A DNA stretch of 64,000 bases from a virus. Positions 36,715 through 48,130 of this stretch are shown one piece after another. The translations under genes were made by a program, and so were the position numbers. Within the stretch, counting starts at the first letter, position 1; each line of letters begins with the position of its first letter. The DNA lies in the IMG/VR virus record IMGVR_UViG_3300047552_000255, positions 4,138 to 68,137 of that record; one strand, 5' to 3'. A model generated the notes under the pieces. The model worked only from the letters and a program-made list of their open reading frames with translations. It was not told the DNA's origin and ran no database searches.

Positions 36715-36825
36715 CAAGCTAGGGTAAATACCTAGCTGATTCCACTGAATGTGACGTGTTAGTACGTTATACTTCAGGTTAACCCAACTGACTAACAGGG
36801 CAGTACAGCCCACAAGGAGATCGAC

Positions 36826-38922
36826 ATGGCAACACGCCGCACATCTGCGACTGCACGTCGCTTGGTAGAAGGCACGGCCTACGAGGTGCCAGTAGCCCGG
36901 ACTACTAGGAGAGTCACGCGCTCGCTCAGTGCTGTTAGCCGCACCAAGGTGCAGACTAACGTGTTCTCGAACGGGCAGATGGTGCCCGTGGCTGGCACAG
37001 TGACCCCCACGCCCAAGCAGAAGCCCGTAGTGGGTAGCTTGGTGACCCTCCATGCGACCCGCCGCACCCGAGTACCCGTGGGCATGTTCGGCTCCAACGG
37101 CTGGGGCTACACCCAGAACTACGGTCGCGGCACGCTGTATCTGGTGGTGGATGTCAGCACCGACGGCAAGTTCCTGAAGGTGTCCCCGTTCTTCAACACC
37201 ACGACGCACCGGTTCAATCTGGTGCAGGGCATGACGGGTGCGGGCTATACGTGGGACTTCAACTACAACCCCGGCGGACGCTGGGATGGTTACGGCAACT
37301 ATGTGAACGGCGACGCCACAGTCACGCAGTCTGTGGTCAATCAGCACATCTACACGAGCCGTGGGTTCCATAGCGCCCAAAGCCTGAGTGACTACTCGTA
37401 TGCCCGCGCTAGCTCTATCGAGCAGGTGTTCGACGTGGAAGACGTCAACCCGATGGCGTTCGTGGCGCACTGGAACGTGACCAAGAAGCGTGCGTATGGT
37501 TCGTGGGTTGAGCGTATGGCTGCACTGGACACCCGTGTGACCAAGTCCCTCGACTACTACCGGCCCCGTCGTCGTGAGTATCGGCGCGAGCAGGCTCGCA
37601 TCATTGGTCAGAGCATCAGCAAGGCCATCGAGTGTGCGTTGGAGCGCGACGACTCCAACATGAGCTACTACATCACGCGCATCGCTTCGGGCTTTGCCAA
37701 CACCCAGAGCGAGTACCAGCCCACGCTGGACGAGATCATTGCCCGCATCAACGCAGCGGCGGGTGTCGAGATTAGCCGTGCCGACGGCTGCGGTCACTAC
37801 CACACGGGCACTTCCGTGGAAATGCAAGGCGTGTATGGCGTGAGCCTGCACTGCCCGCACTGCGCAGCTAACGCTGTTAGCGCGTTGACTGGTAACGGTG
37901 AGACCATACTGGTGCCGCCGACGTACCGTCTGCACACATGGAGTGATGGCACACAACGTGTCATCCGTGAGCCCGGCGTTATCAACGGTCGCCACTCAGG
38001 CAAGTCCATCGTGGGCTTCGTGCCGAGCCTCGTGGGGGCCAAGCGTGATCAGATGATCACACTGGGTATGGAGCTGGAGATGCAAGCCTTCGGCGGCACT
38101 GACCGGGAGATGACTGCCCGCCAGTTGCGCAACCGCATCACGCTGATCGACGAGGCAACACGTCGCAAGTACGTGCACTTCGAGGAAGACGGCAGCACTG
38201 GGCCCGGTGGGTTCGAGATGGTGACAGGCTTCACCGACTTGGGCACGCATGCAGCACTGCTCAAGCAGATGTTCGAGAACGCTGACGGCACCAGCCCGTG
38301 GAAGGGTAAGCTGCGCAGCCACGATGCCAAGGGTGGTTCGTGTGGTATCCACGTCCACATCCAGAAGCCCAAGCATCTGGTGCACGCATCCAAGATGCGC
38401 TACTTCATCAACCACTCCGGCTCGCAGAAGCTGGTGTCTGATGTGGCACGTCGCTACAACGACGGGTTCGCTCGCATTGACAATGCGCTGTGCCGTAGCA
38501 CGCCGCAGAAGCTGGCGGTGCAGGCTGTCAAGGACGTCAAGTACGGCACGACTACTAGGACGACGGCGAACCACGAGCGCATGGCGCTGTCCCGCATCAA
38601 CGGGGGCAACCGCTACGAGGCGCTGAACTTCCAGAACCAGCACACGGTGGAGTTCCGCATCTTCCGTGGCACTGTGGTGTACCAGTCCATGATGGCGTGC
38701 CTTGAGTTCACTCAGGCAGTGTGGCGCTTCACACGGGACACGGCAGCAACGTCGCTGACTGTGGACAACTTCGTTGCGTGGATCAACCGCAACGATAACC
38801 GCAAGGACACCCGCAACTTGCGTCTGTACCTGTCTCGCAAGGGATGGGCCGATGTGGCTGTGCCCAAGGCGCAACCCAAGCTGGCTGTGGCCGCTGTGCC
38901 AGAGCAGGCTGAAACAGTTTAA
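36826..38922 (+). CDS. Amidoligase (COOH-NH2 ligase, amidoligase_2-like) with long N-terminal extension
   Basis: G.ELE, E.DGS, FEMVT, SCGIHVHI, RY.ALNF and TVEFRIFRGT motifs; C..H...CPHC Zn-knuckle upstream; AAGGAG RBS. Confidence 0.85.
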   Translation: MATRRTSATARRLVEGTAYEVPVARTTRRVTRSLSAVSRTKVQTNVFSNGQMVPVAGTVTPTPKQKPVVGSLVTLHATRRTRVPVGMFGSNGWGYTQNYGRGTLYLVVDVSTDGKFLKVSPFFNTTTHRFNLVQGMTGAGYTWDFNYNPGGRWDGYGNYVNGDATVTQSVVNQHIYTSRGFHSAQSLSDYSYARASSIEQVFDVEDVNPMAFVAHWNVTKKRAYGSWVERMAALDTRVTKSLDYYRPRRREYRREQARIIGQSISKAIECALERDDSNMSYYITRIASGFANTQSEYQPTLDEIIARINAAAGVEISRADGCGHYHTGTSVEMQGVYGVSLHCPHCAANAVSALTGNGETILVPPTYRLHTWSDGTQRVIREPGVINGRHSGKSIVGFVPSLVGAKRDQMITLGMELEMQAFGGTDREMTARQLRNRITLIDEATRRKYVHFEEDGSTGPGGFEMVTGFTDLGTHAALLKQMFENADGTSPWKGKLRSHDAKGGSCGIHVHIQKPKHLVHASKMRYFINHSGSQKLVSDVARRYNDGFARIDNALCRSTPQKLAVQAVKDVKYGTTTRTTANHERMALSRINGGNRYEALNFQNQHTVEFRIFRGTVVYQSMMACLEFTQAVWRFTRDTAATSLTVDNFVAWINRNDNRKDTRNLRLYLSRKGWADVAVPKAQPKLAVAAVPEQAETV

Positions 38923-38944
38923 TAACCAACAAAGGAGAGACCTT

Positions 38945-40033
38945 ATGTGTTTGCTTATCGTCCAGTCGAAAGACACCGAGTTCACCAACGAACACCTCGC
39001 TGACTTCTACACCCGCAACCGTGATGGTATCGGTGTGATGTGGGCAGAGGGTGGCTACCTGCACCAAGAGAAGATCATCCCGCGCGATGTGAACGATGCT
39101 GTGGACTTCTACAACACGTACGCTCGTGGTCGGGATGCTTGCGTGCACTACCGCATGCGCACCCACGGTGACATCGACTACGACAACTGCCACCCCTACG
39201 AGGTGTTTGGCTTCACCGAGGAAGCTGAGATGCCCATGCTGCTCATGCACAACGGCGTGCTGCACACGGGTAACTACGCCGACACCAGCAAGTCCGACAC
39301 GTATCACTACATCAAGGACTACCTGCGCGTGTTGCTCGCTGCTGACCCCTCGCTTGCGTTCACACCTGAGTTCAACGAGATCATCGGCAAGCACATCGGC
39401 AACAACCGGTTCGCCATCATGAACCATGCCGGGCAGATCGCTGTGATCAACAAGCACCAAGGCGTGACGTTCCAAGGCGCGTGGCTGTCCAACGAGTACG
39501 CATGGTCGGCTCAGAAGTACCTGCCCCGCAAGGCAACGTACTACACCCCCAGCATGACGAGCAAGTGGGGCAACTGGAACCCGACGACGCAGAAGTTCGA
39601 GGAGCCCGCAGCAAAAAAGTCGGGGAGCCCGGCCAAGGTGGCGAAGGTCGGGAAGAAGCGCAAGCAGTACGCCAGCATGGATGGAGCGAGTACGAGCAAT
39701 GGTGGCAAGAAGCCTACGGGTTTGACCAAGACTGAGAAGAACTCCGTCAATGGCGTGAGCGTGGACTGCGACTATCTGGACGACGTGCTGGAGATTCGCT
39801 CCATGCTGGATGCGTTCTACATCGAGAACGGCACGACCAACAAGCAGATCGAGTGCATGATCGAAGAGATGGGCGTGACCAAGGCGTACTTGGCAGTGGA
39901 ACTACTAGGTGACGGGCTCATCAGCGAGAAGATGTGGGACATCGTGAGCACCAACCGCACAGAGATGAAGTGGTTCCGTGACCAGCCCATGTCCAACTGG
40001 TATCCCGACCGCAAGGTCGAAAGCATCCACTAA
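38945..40033 (+). CDS. Class II (Ntn) glutamine amidotransferase
   Basis: True start MCLLI (Cys2 nucleophile); N.DG.G, HYR..THG, NCHPY, MHNG and SDT motifs. Confidence 0.9.
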   Translation: MCLLIVQSKDTEFTNEHLADFYTRNRDGIGVMWAEGGYLHQEKIIPRDVNDAVDFYNTYARGRDACVHYRMRTHGDIDYDNCHPYEVFGFTEEAEMPMLLMHNGVLHTGNYADTSKSDTYHYIKDYLRVLLAADPSLAFTPEFNEIIGKHIGNNRFAIMNHAGQIAVINKHQGVTFQGAWLSNEYAWSAQKYLPRKATYYTPSMTSKWGNWNPTTQKFEEPAAKKSGSPAKVAKVGKKRKQYASMDGASTSNGGKKPTGLTKTEKNSVNGVSVDCDYLDDVLEIRSMLDAFYIENGTTNKQIECMIEEMGVTKAYLAVELLGDGLISEKMWDIVSTNRTEMKWFRDQPMSNWYPDRKVESIH

Positions 40034-40198
40034 CCAGAGGGTGCATAACGATGCGAGCGAGACAGTGGGTGCATCTGCTTATTGCTCGTGGGCGCTCGGC
40101 CCCTCTGGTGGTGTGTACTTCTGCCGACGTCCCCTCCTTTACCCTGCGCCGGGCAGGGAATGCACAACCCGGCACCCCTAACATTTTTGGAGATTGAC

Positions 40199-41857
40199 AT
40201 GAAGATCGTATATCTGCTCTGGTACAGCGACGGGAAAGACAAATGGGTCGAAGCTGTCCACGCCAAGGAAGACGAAGCGTTCGCCCACATGCGGATGCTC
40301 AAGTCGTCCAGCGACAACGCAATCAAGTACCACTACTGGATTCAAGAGAAGGGGGTCATATGAACGAACCGAAGGTGCCACGCGGCTACACAGCCGAAGA
40401 ACTGGAGCGGGACAACCCGCACAACCAGTGGATGTATGAAGGCCGGGGCCGTGACCCCGTGCCTGAGAGCGCCGACGAGTGCGAGTTCGGCGACATGGAA
40501 TATCAATGGCGATTGTGGGATGCAGGACTATGAAGAAAGAAACAAGTGCGTTGGCTAACGAGTTAGCCGTCATGAAGAAGAAGGCGACGCGGGTCAACAG
40601 GTTCGCCAAGGACTTGGCTGTGCTGCCCGTGGAGTCCAACCTCGCACCGAAAGAGATGCGCCGAGCGGGTGGCTACGTGCCGCGAGCGCGCAAGAAGAAC
40701 GAGGCGCTGCCGATGGAGCACAACACGCTGTGGAACCCGGACACGTACCGCACCGGTATGGGGGACACGCCGCAAGCAGTGCGACCCGGCGCTATGGACT
40801 TCATGAAGTGTAAGAGCAAGGGGATCGGATGATTCACCGGCTGATCCTCTACGTGCTGCTGATTGTGGTCGTGGCTAACTCTGGCTTCATCGCCGGGTAC
40901 GCGAGCAAGAAGCAGGAGACCGAGAAAGAAGCTCGCTGCATTAACAGTGCATGCGAAGGTAAGTGCAAGACGAAGTTTGTTCGACACCAAGGATGTGAAA
41001 AATGAATGCAATGACTAACGCAATGACTGAAGCCGGTATGAAGCTGCCCACCGTGAAGTTCCGTATCTGGCACTGGCTCAAGGATCACCCTGAGAAGACC
41101 GCCGAGGACATCAAGAAGGCGCTGGGTCTGAACTACCTGCCCTACGAGGTGCTGCATGAGATGACTAAGGCTGACACCCTCAAGGTGTATGGCGACGTGA
41201 GCCGCAAGACGTCCATCCACGGACTGCACCCCAAGATCAAGCGTTACAGCGTGACCAACGCGCAGGAGTACGAGCCCCCACTGCGCAAGAAGCGCACGAC
41301 CAAGAAGGTCAAGACTATCGCGACGCAACGCGTGTTCGACTCAGCCATGCGTGTCATCGAAGCCAAGGCCGCACCGCGCATCGAGGTGGCACCAGCGCCA
41401 GCACCGGGTCTCACTGAGGCGGAGAAGTTCGCAGCGTTCCTTGAGTACAAGGCCCTGATGAAGGAGATGAAGAAATGATCAAGGAAGAAATCGAAACCCT
41501 GCGCGACTTGGAGCAGGACATCATCGCAGCCATCAGCGCAGACCTTGAGACGGGTTCGCACAACTCGAACAATGTAGCGCACGCGACGTTCGCCGCACGT
41601 TACCCCAGCCTGATGGGCGCGGTTGCTGCACTTGGCGCGTGGATCGACAAACAGGAGGACTTGGCATGAAGGCACTCACCGAGATATGGCGTAACGCGTT
41701 CACACCCCCCACAGCCAAGGAGCTGGCATGCCGGGAACTAGCCGACGCGCAGCGCATGCTGCTGCACTACCAGTCACATCAGGAGTTCTGCACCGCGATG
41801 GTTCAGTATGAGAGCGACCGCATCGCACGCTTGCAGCACTACCTGTCCAGCAACTAA
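40199..41857 (+). CDS. Run of small early genes (40199..40363, 40360..40533, 40530..40832, 40829..41005, 41002..41478 possible wHTH, 41475..41669, 41666..41857)
   Basis: Chain of ATGA-coupled ORFs. Confidence 0.7.
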
Positions 41858-41872
41858 CTACTAGGAGGCGCG

Positions 41873-42238
41873 ATGAAGACATCCGAACTGATAGGCCCCG
41901 CCCTTGACTGGGCGGTGGCGAAGTGTGAAGGGGTGCAGATTGGGCAACCGGCTGACCGCACATTTGAGTCTGAGTTCGCACTGATGCACGGGGAAGGCGA
42001 CATGAACTACTCAACCGACTGGGCCCAAGGTGGCCCGATCATTGAGCGTGAGGTAATCGCCACGTACTTGCGGCAGACGAACACACGCGGAGACCAAGTG
42101 TGGAACGCACAAGCTGGCGGCTGGGCGTTTAGTAGCGGACTAACTCTTACCGGCCCCACACCACTGATCGCAGCCATGCGCTGCTATGTGGCGTCCAAGT
42201 TGGGCGATGAGATTGACGTGCCGAAGGAGTTGCTATGA
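41873..42238 (+). CDS. NinX/DUF2591-like protein
   Basis: MKTSEL.G.ALDWAVAK.EG, YSTDWAQGGPIIERE and GPTPLIAAMRCYVASKLG. Confidence 0.85.
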   Translation: MKTSELIGPALDWAVAKCEGVQIGQPADRTFESEFALMHGEGDMNYSTDWAQGGPIIEREVIATYLRQTNTRGDQVWNAQAGGWAFSSGLTLTGPTPLIAAMRCYVASKLGDEIDVPKELL

Positions 42239-42522
42239 CAGACCTCGAAATAAACAAAGCCCTCGCGCTTGCGATTGGGTGGAAAGAGTTGGACATTTAT
42301 GACGATACGGTTGCCGTGTGGTACGGGGCTGGCATCTATGCTAACTGGCGCATCTTCGACTACCGCGACTGGGACGTGATCGGGCCGATTGCTGCTCGGT
42401 ATGACTGCTTTCCATACCAGTCTCAGGACGGGAAATGGGTAACCGATCAGTTTTGTCTTAAATACTTTGACACCCCGCAGAAGGCCATTGCTATGGCGGT
42501 GATTCAGGGAGCGAAGCGATGA
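42235..42522 (+). CDS. NinX-like protein (second paralogue)
   Basis: EIN..LA.AIGW...FDY..W..IGPI...DTPQ.AI..AVI. Confidence 0.6.
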   Translation: MTDLEINKALALAIGWKELDIYDDTVAVWYGAGIYANWRIFDYRDWDVIGPIAARYDCFPYQSQDGKWVTDQFCLKYFDTPQKAIAMAVIQGAKR

Positions 42523-42622
42523 ACACACTACTTGAATGGATGAGCGATCCTTCTCGCGTCTTCAACACAGTCTCTGTGTTTTTGGCGGGCGTTGTTGTGG
42601 GGATGCTGCTGGTGGAGTTGAC

Positions 42623-45511
42623 ATGAACGAACAGATCATTGCATGGGCGCGTGAAGCCGGTATCAACAACTCGCGCAACGGTGTGTTTTTCCAGTGCAAC
42701 TTGAATGACCTTGAACGCTTCGCAGCACTGGTAGCCGAGGCCGCTGCTCTTAAAGAGCGAGAGGCTTGTGCGAAGGTGTGTGAGACGTACGACGGATCGT
42801 GGTACGCGTACAGGAAAGGCGCTCAAGAGTGCGCAGCAGCCATACGCAACAGGGGGACAGCATGACATTTGAAGAATGGTGGAGCGATGCCATCTGGGGC
42901 AACGAAGACTTTAAGCGGTGCTGCGAAATAGCGTGGAACGCTGCTGTGGAATCAGAGCGAGAGGCAATAGCTAAGTGGTTTGAAGACTACGCAGATGCGC
43001 CGTACTTGGCAGCGCAGGTACGCAACAGGGGGACAGCATGACACCAACAAACGAACTGCGCTTTGTGGAGCGCGAAGTATTCGGTGACGACAAGTGGGAG
43101 CGCAAAACAATCCGCGTCTTGCAGCAGAAGTGGACAAACAATGCGCCACGATGGGATGTTGAAAAACAGATGATTGTGCCCGACGAACAATGGCGCGATG
43201 TGCCGCTTGAGAAGGAGGAAACATGAGCAAGATTCTTGAACTGGCTGATGCGTATGCCTGCACATACAAACCATTCGGAGAACCCAATGAATGCCGCGCA
43301 GACCTAGCTGCTGCTGTGGCTGCGATGGAGAAAGAGCTTGACGTGCTATCGAAACACGCTGGGTTGCTGGAGAAAGAGAACGAGGCGCTGACAGGGGAAA
43401 GGGACTTTGCCACACAAAACTGCGACCTGTATTTCAATGATGCGTTGACACTCCGCGCAGAGAACGAGCGGCTGAAGGACACGCTGCAATTCGTGGAGCG
43501 TTGGGCCGTACATCACGGAACAAAACCACACATGACGGCAGAGCAGGCACTTAGCTGCATTCAGCACCACCCTGCAATAACCGCCATCACCAAGAGCTAT
43601 GCTGACGGCAAGGTGCCTGATACCCACAATCCCTACGCAGAGGTAGAGCGGCTGACAGCACAGCTAGACAACGCGCAAAAGTGGATAGCCGCCACGGGAA
43701 CTGGTGTCGAACGTGACCGACTCATGGCAGAGAACGAGCGGCTGCGGGATCTTGCGAGGGAAGCGGCTAACGCGATGGAAGATTTGCGTGTTGGTGGAAC
43801 CGCTCCTGAAATCATCAAGGACATTCGCGCAGTTCTTGCGCAATCAGCACTGAATAGACGCTGCCCATTGTGCAACTACCAGCATGGACACGCTATAGGG
43901 TGCAAAAACAATCCGGTCGACATTGCATTAAGCGAAGACGCTGCCAGAGCAGCACTGGGGGAAGGTAAATGAAATCCACACAACTACTCTTGATTGTCGG
44001 GGCTGTGTATGCGGCTCCACACATTCACCCGAATGTATCGGTTGCGTTCGGACTCTTGTTGATGGTACTGGCGATTGTTATAGAGGTGCTGACATGATTG
44101 AAGCACACGCCGCAATTTGGGGAGAGAAGACATGAACATCATGGAACTGGCTGATACATACGCAGCGCTCTACAAAATTGAGACAGGGCATCAGACAATA
44201 CGTGCCGCACTCGCTGCTGCTATTGATGCGCTGGAGAAAGAGCATGTCCAGCGACTGCTACGCATTGAGAAGGAAGTCGATGCGCTTGTCGCAGAGAACG
44301 AGCGGCTGCGGGGGGCGTTGGCGAAAGACATCGAAGAGTGGGGAAGCTATGCGTCTGAGTATCTACACAAAAAGCACGACCTACAAGCCGCCATCGACAC
44401 TACCCGTACAAAACGGGAGCCAAAGACATGAATTGCTCAAAGAAAACCTGCAACTGCAAAGAGGAACCGAAGTCACGGTGCATCTGGTGGGACGAACCTG
44501 AACAAGAGACAGCACTGATGGACGCATGGATTGCTGGCTACTACCACGCCGGTTACACGCATGACCGCGCTTACGCCGAAAAGCTGGCTAGGGAATACGT
44601 TGACGCTGCCCGTGCAGCACTGGAGAAGCCATGACTGAACCTATCGCGTACTACGACTTCCAAGAGCGCGGGTTCTACTGGGCAAACAATGTTGTCCACG
44701 GCCCTGTGCCTGTGACCGTGAAGGTTGATCCCATGCCGCTATATGCAGCACCAGTGACCAAGGTGGAGCCGGTGGAGCAGACACGCAGCCAAAAGTTGAC
44801 CGCCGCTGGATTTACACGCAGGAAAAAAGGGTTCGGCAAGGAAGAAGATGACGAACACCGCTGCGGTGGCTCCGGATGTGATGGAAACTGCTGTGTGCCG
44901 GTGACCAAGGTGGAGCTTGTGGCGTGGGAATTCAGATACAAAGAATCGAACAAGTACACCGCGAACTATGGTGAGTGGGGCGAGTGGGAGCGTCTTGTTC
45001 CGCGCAATCCATTGGAAACAATAGAAGGCCGCGTAGCTGAAATGCGTCGGTACATAGCTGATGGGTACAACTATGAACTTCGCGCTCTCTACACCCACCC
45101 AGCACTAACAGCCAAAGGTTCATTCGCATCGCACACAGCGGAAGGGCAAGGCACGCTACACGCAGCAAACCTAAGACAAGCCAACCGAATCGCGGAACAG
45201 GACGCTGTGCTGCGGATGGCGCTTGACGTGCTTGAGGACAACAGGGACTGTGTGGACGAACGAAGTGCGCCACAGTACATGGAAGCACGGTACGACCCAA
45301 CCATCGCCGCTATCAAGGAGCAACTGAAATGAAACTCAAATACTTTTTCCCGCCGCTTGTGTTCATCCTGTCGTGGGCGTTCTGCACACTGATCTACTGG
45401 GCCGGTGGTAATGACTTTGAACGTGGCGGAGCGTTGCAGGGGTACTTGGTGTACTCCATGCTGGTGTCTATCGCTATGACTGTTCCTGTGGTTGGGATGG
45501 TGCTGACATGA
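42623..45511 (+). CDS. Mosaic run of small accessory genes (42623..42865, 42862..43041, 43038..43226, 43223..43972 Ea22-like, 44132..44431, 44428..44634, 44631..45332, 45329..45511)
   Basis: ATGA-coupled ORFs with shared modules (EREA.AK, AENERL, PVTKVE, ARAAL) and lower GC. Confidence 0.7.
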
Positions 45512-45825
45512 AAGTCAACTGCATGATCTTCTGCAAGCTGATCAAGCTGCTGCACGAGGGCACGCGCTCCTGCAAGGAGCTGGCCGACGAGACGGGGCTG
45601 CATGTGCTGACCGTGTACCAGTACACCAAAGAGATGCACCGCCAAGGCCTTGTCCACATCGCCCTGTGGGAAATGAACGACTACGGACGCCCGCAGATCA
45701 AGATTTATATGTGGGGGCCGGGCAAGGACGCCAAGCGGGCGACTATCTCACGCGCTGAGACATCGCGCCGGTACAAAGAGCGCAAGAAACTGATGGCCGT
45801 CGTCAACTCAATGGTGACCGCATGA
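45508..45825 (+). CDS. Winged-HTH DNA-binding protein
   Basis: SCKELADETGLH..TVY.Y...MH..GLVHI..W. Confidence 0.75.
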   Translation: MKVNCMIFCKLIKLLHEGTRSCKELADETGLHVLTVYQYTKEMHRQGLVHIALWEMNDYGRPQIKIYMWGPGKDAKRATISRAETSRRYKERKKLMAVVNSMVTA

Positions 45826-46010
45826 GGTGCCCCGAGTGCAACGCGCCAGCTAACGTGTTAGAGACACGGGACTCACCCAACGGACGAACCCGGCGTCGGT
45901 ACGAATGTTTCAACTACCACAGGTTTACTACCTATGAGCAACCCGCCAAAGAAAGACAAACCAAACTTCGCCGCGTGGAGTCACACCAACCTAGCGAACT
46001 TCGCCAGTGA
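45822..46010 (+). CDS. NrdR-N-like Zn-ribbon protein
   Basis: MRCPEC....VLETR......RRRYEC.N.HRFTTYE. Confidence 0.75.
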   Translation: MRCPECNAPANVLETRDSPNGRTRRRYECFNYHRFTTYEQPAKERQTKLRRVESHQPSELRQ

Positions 46011-46122
46011 CGCGTACGACAGACTGCAAGAGCAGGAGTTCGCGCTTGAACAGATACGCCTTGACCTCAAGGACGCGATGAAGCTGGTGCGCCAGCAATT
46101 TAACAAGGACGACTGGAAATGA
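45934..46122 (+). CDS. Hypothetical protein (62 aa)
   Basis: PNFAAWS..NL..FA motif; coupled to the polymerase start. Confidence 0.65.
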   Translation: MSNPPKKDKPNFAAWSHTNLANFASDAYDRLQEQEFALEQIRLDLKDAMKLVRQQFNKDDWK

Positions 46123-48026
46123 AAATCGCAACACTGGACTTCGAGACATTCTGGAGTCAAGACCACAGCCTGACCAAGATGCTGCCGCTGTCTTACGTCA
46201 TGCACCCCGAGACGGAAATCATCTCCTGCTCCATCAAGATGGACGACGCCGACACGGACGTTTATTTCGGCGAGGCGCGAGTGCGGAGCGCACTGGAACA
46301 GATCGACTGGTCTGACGCTATGGCACTGGGCCACAACATGTCGGCCTTCGACGCAATGATTCTGGCGTGGCGCTTCGGCATCCGCCCCAAGATGTGGGGC
46401 TGCACACTGGCAATGGCCCGGCCCATTCACGCGATCACCGTGGGCAACTCGCTGGCTAAGCTGGTGCAGCACTACGCGCTGGGTGTGAAGGACAACGCCG
46501 CGCTGCTCAACACCAAGGGCAAGCACTTGAAGGACTTCACGACCGACGAGCTGCGCGACATGGCCCGCTACAACAAGGCCGACACCGATCAGTGCTATGC
46601 CCTGTTCAAGAAGCTGAAGCCCCACTACACCGCTGCCGAGATGTGGCAGATCGACGCGACCATCCGCATGCTGACCGAGCCTGCGTTCAACGTGGACACC
46701 GAGCTGCTGCGAGACGCACTGGTCAAGGAGCGCAACCGCAAGACGACCGCACTACTGCAACTGGCAGAGCTGCTGGACATGGACATCGACGGCGACACCA
46801 GCAAGGTCGAAGACGAGGTGCGCGTGCAACTCCTGTCTGCTGCCAAGTTCAGCGACATATTGACCCAGCGCAACGTGCCCATCCCGATGAAGCCCAGCCC
46901 CACCAACCCTGACAAGGAGGTGCCCGCGCTTGCGAAGACCGACCAAGAGTTCCTCGACTTGCAGGAGAGCGACGACACCGTGGTAGCTGCTGCCGCCCGA
47001 GCCCGCCTTGCTGTGAAGTCCACACTGCTGGAGACGCGCATCGAAGCGTTCCTCGAAGCCAGTGCAGCAACTCAGGGGCGACTGCCTGTGACGCTCAACT
47101 ACTGCGGAGCCACGACCACCGGGCGCTGGAGCGGCTGGGCATACAACCCCCAGAACCTGCCGCGTGTTAGTGGCAAGCTGTCTGACGCACTGCGCAACTG
47201 CATGGTGGCCCCCGCCGGGCACGACGTTGTTGTGGCTGACCTTTCTGGCATCGAGTTGCGGGTCAATATGTTTCTGTGGAAAGTCCCGTATGCGATGGAG
47301 CTGTTCAAGGCGCCGCCCGACAAAGCTGACCTGTACCGCTACTTCGCAGCGCACGACCTGTACAACATCGAGGAGTCAGAAGTCAGTAAGGTTCAGCGTC
47401 AGGTGGGCAAGGTCGCTCACCTTGGACTGGGCTTCGGTGCTGGCGGTGCTACGTTCCAGAAGGTTGCCAAGATGATGGGCGGCGTGGACATGACGCTCGA
47501 CGAGGCCAAGGACGTGGTGTTCAAGTACCGCGACGCGCACGTTGAGATCGCCCGAGGCTGGCGCACCTGCCACGACTCGCTCATGGACATCTACGAAGGC
47601 AACGAGCGGGCTATCGACCCGTGGGGTCTGTGCATAACCTGTGAGCACGGCATCCGCCTACCAAGCGGGCGCATCATCCGCTACCCCAAGCTGCACATGG
47701 AGTCCGATACCAAGGGCAACAACGAGTGGTGGTACGGCGAGGGGCGTCACCGAGCACGCATTTATGCCGGGAAGGTTACAGAAAACATGGTTCAGGCACT
47801 GGCGCGGGACGCGATGGCGGACTACACGCTTCAGTTCTTCATGGAGACTGGCTACCGCCCTGCCCTGCTGGTTCATGACGAGTGGGTCGGCGTGCTGCGG
47901 GACTCCAAGGCGCAAGACGGGCTGGACACCTTGCAGAAGATCATGCGTACCCCGCTCAAGTGGTGGCCCGAGCTGGTGACGTGGTCGGAAGGTGACATCG
48001 CGCCCAGTTATGGTGCGGCCAAGTGA
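46119..48026 (+). CDS. Family A DNA polymerase with 3'-5' exonuclease
   Basis: ExoI LDFET, ExoII GHNMSAFD, TTGRWSG..N.QNLPR, motif A ADLSGIELRV, motif B RQVGKVAHLGLGFG and motif C VHDE. Confidence 0.95.
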   Translation: MKIATLDFETFWSQDHSLTKMLPLSYVMHPETEIISCSIKMDDADTDVYFGEARVRSALEQIDWSDAMALGHNMSAFDAMILAWRFGIRPKMWGCTLAMARPIHAITVGNSLAKLVQHYALGVKDNAALLNTKGKHLKDFTTDELRDMARYNKADTDQCYALFKKLKPHYTAAEMWQIDATIRMLTEPAFNVDTELLRDALVKERNRKTTALLQLAELLDMDIDGDTSKVEDEVRVQLLSAAKFSDILTQRNVPIPMKPSPTNPDKEVPALAKTDQEFLDLQESDDTVVAAAARARLAVKSTLLETRIEAFLEASAATQGRLPVTLNYCGATTTGRWSGWAYNPQNLPRVSGKLSDALRNCMVAPAGHDVVVADLSGIELRVNMFLWKVPYAMELFKAPPDKADLYRYFAAHDLYNIEESEVSKVQRQVGKVAHLGLGFGAGGATFQKVAKMMGGVDMTLDEAKDVVFKYRDAHVEIARGWRTCHDSLMDIYEGNERAIDPWGLCITCEHGIRLPSGRIIRYPKLHMESDTKGNNEWWYGEGRHRARIYAGKVTENMVQALARDAMADYTLQFFMETGYRPALLVHDEWVGVLRDSKAQDGLDTLQKIMRTPLKWWPELVTWSEGDIAPSYGAAK

Positions 48027-48130
48027 CCTCTGATCCGCACGCTTTGTAAAGATGTGCCCTCATTCGTACATTCCCACTGGAAAGTGAAGGATAAAGGTGT
48101 AAAGTAATATACGAGCTAACGGAGTAGTCA

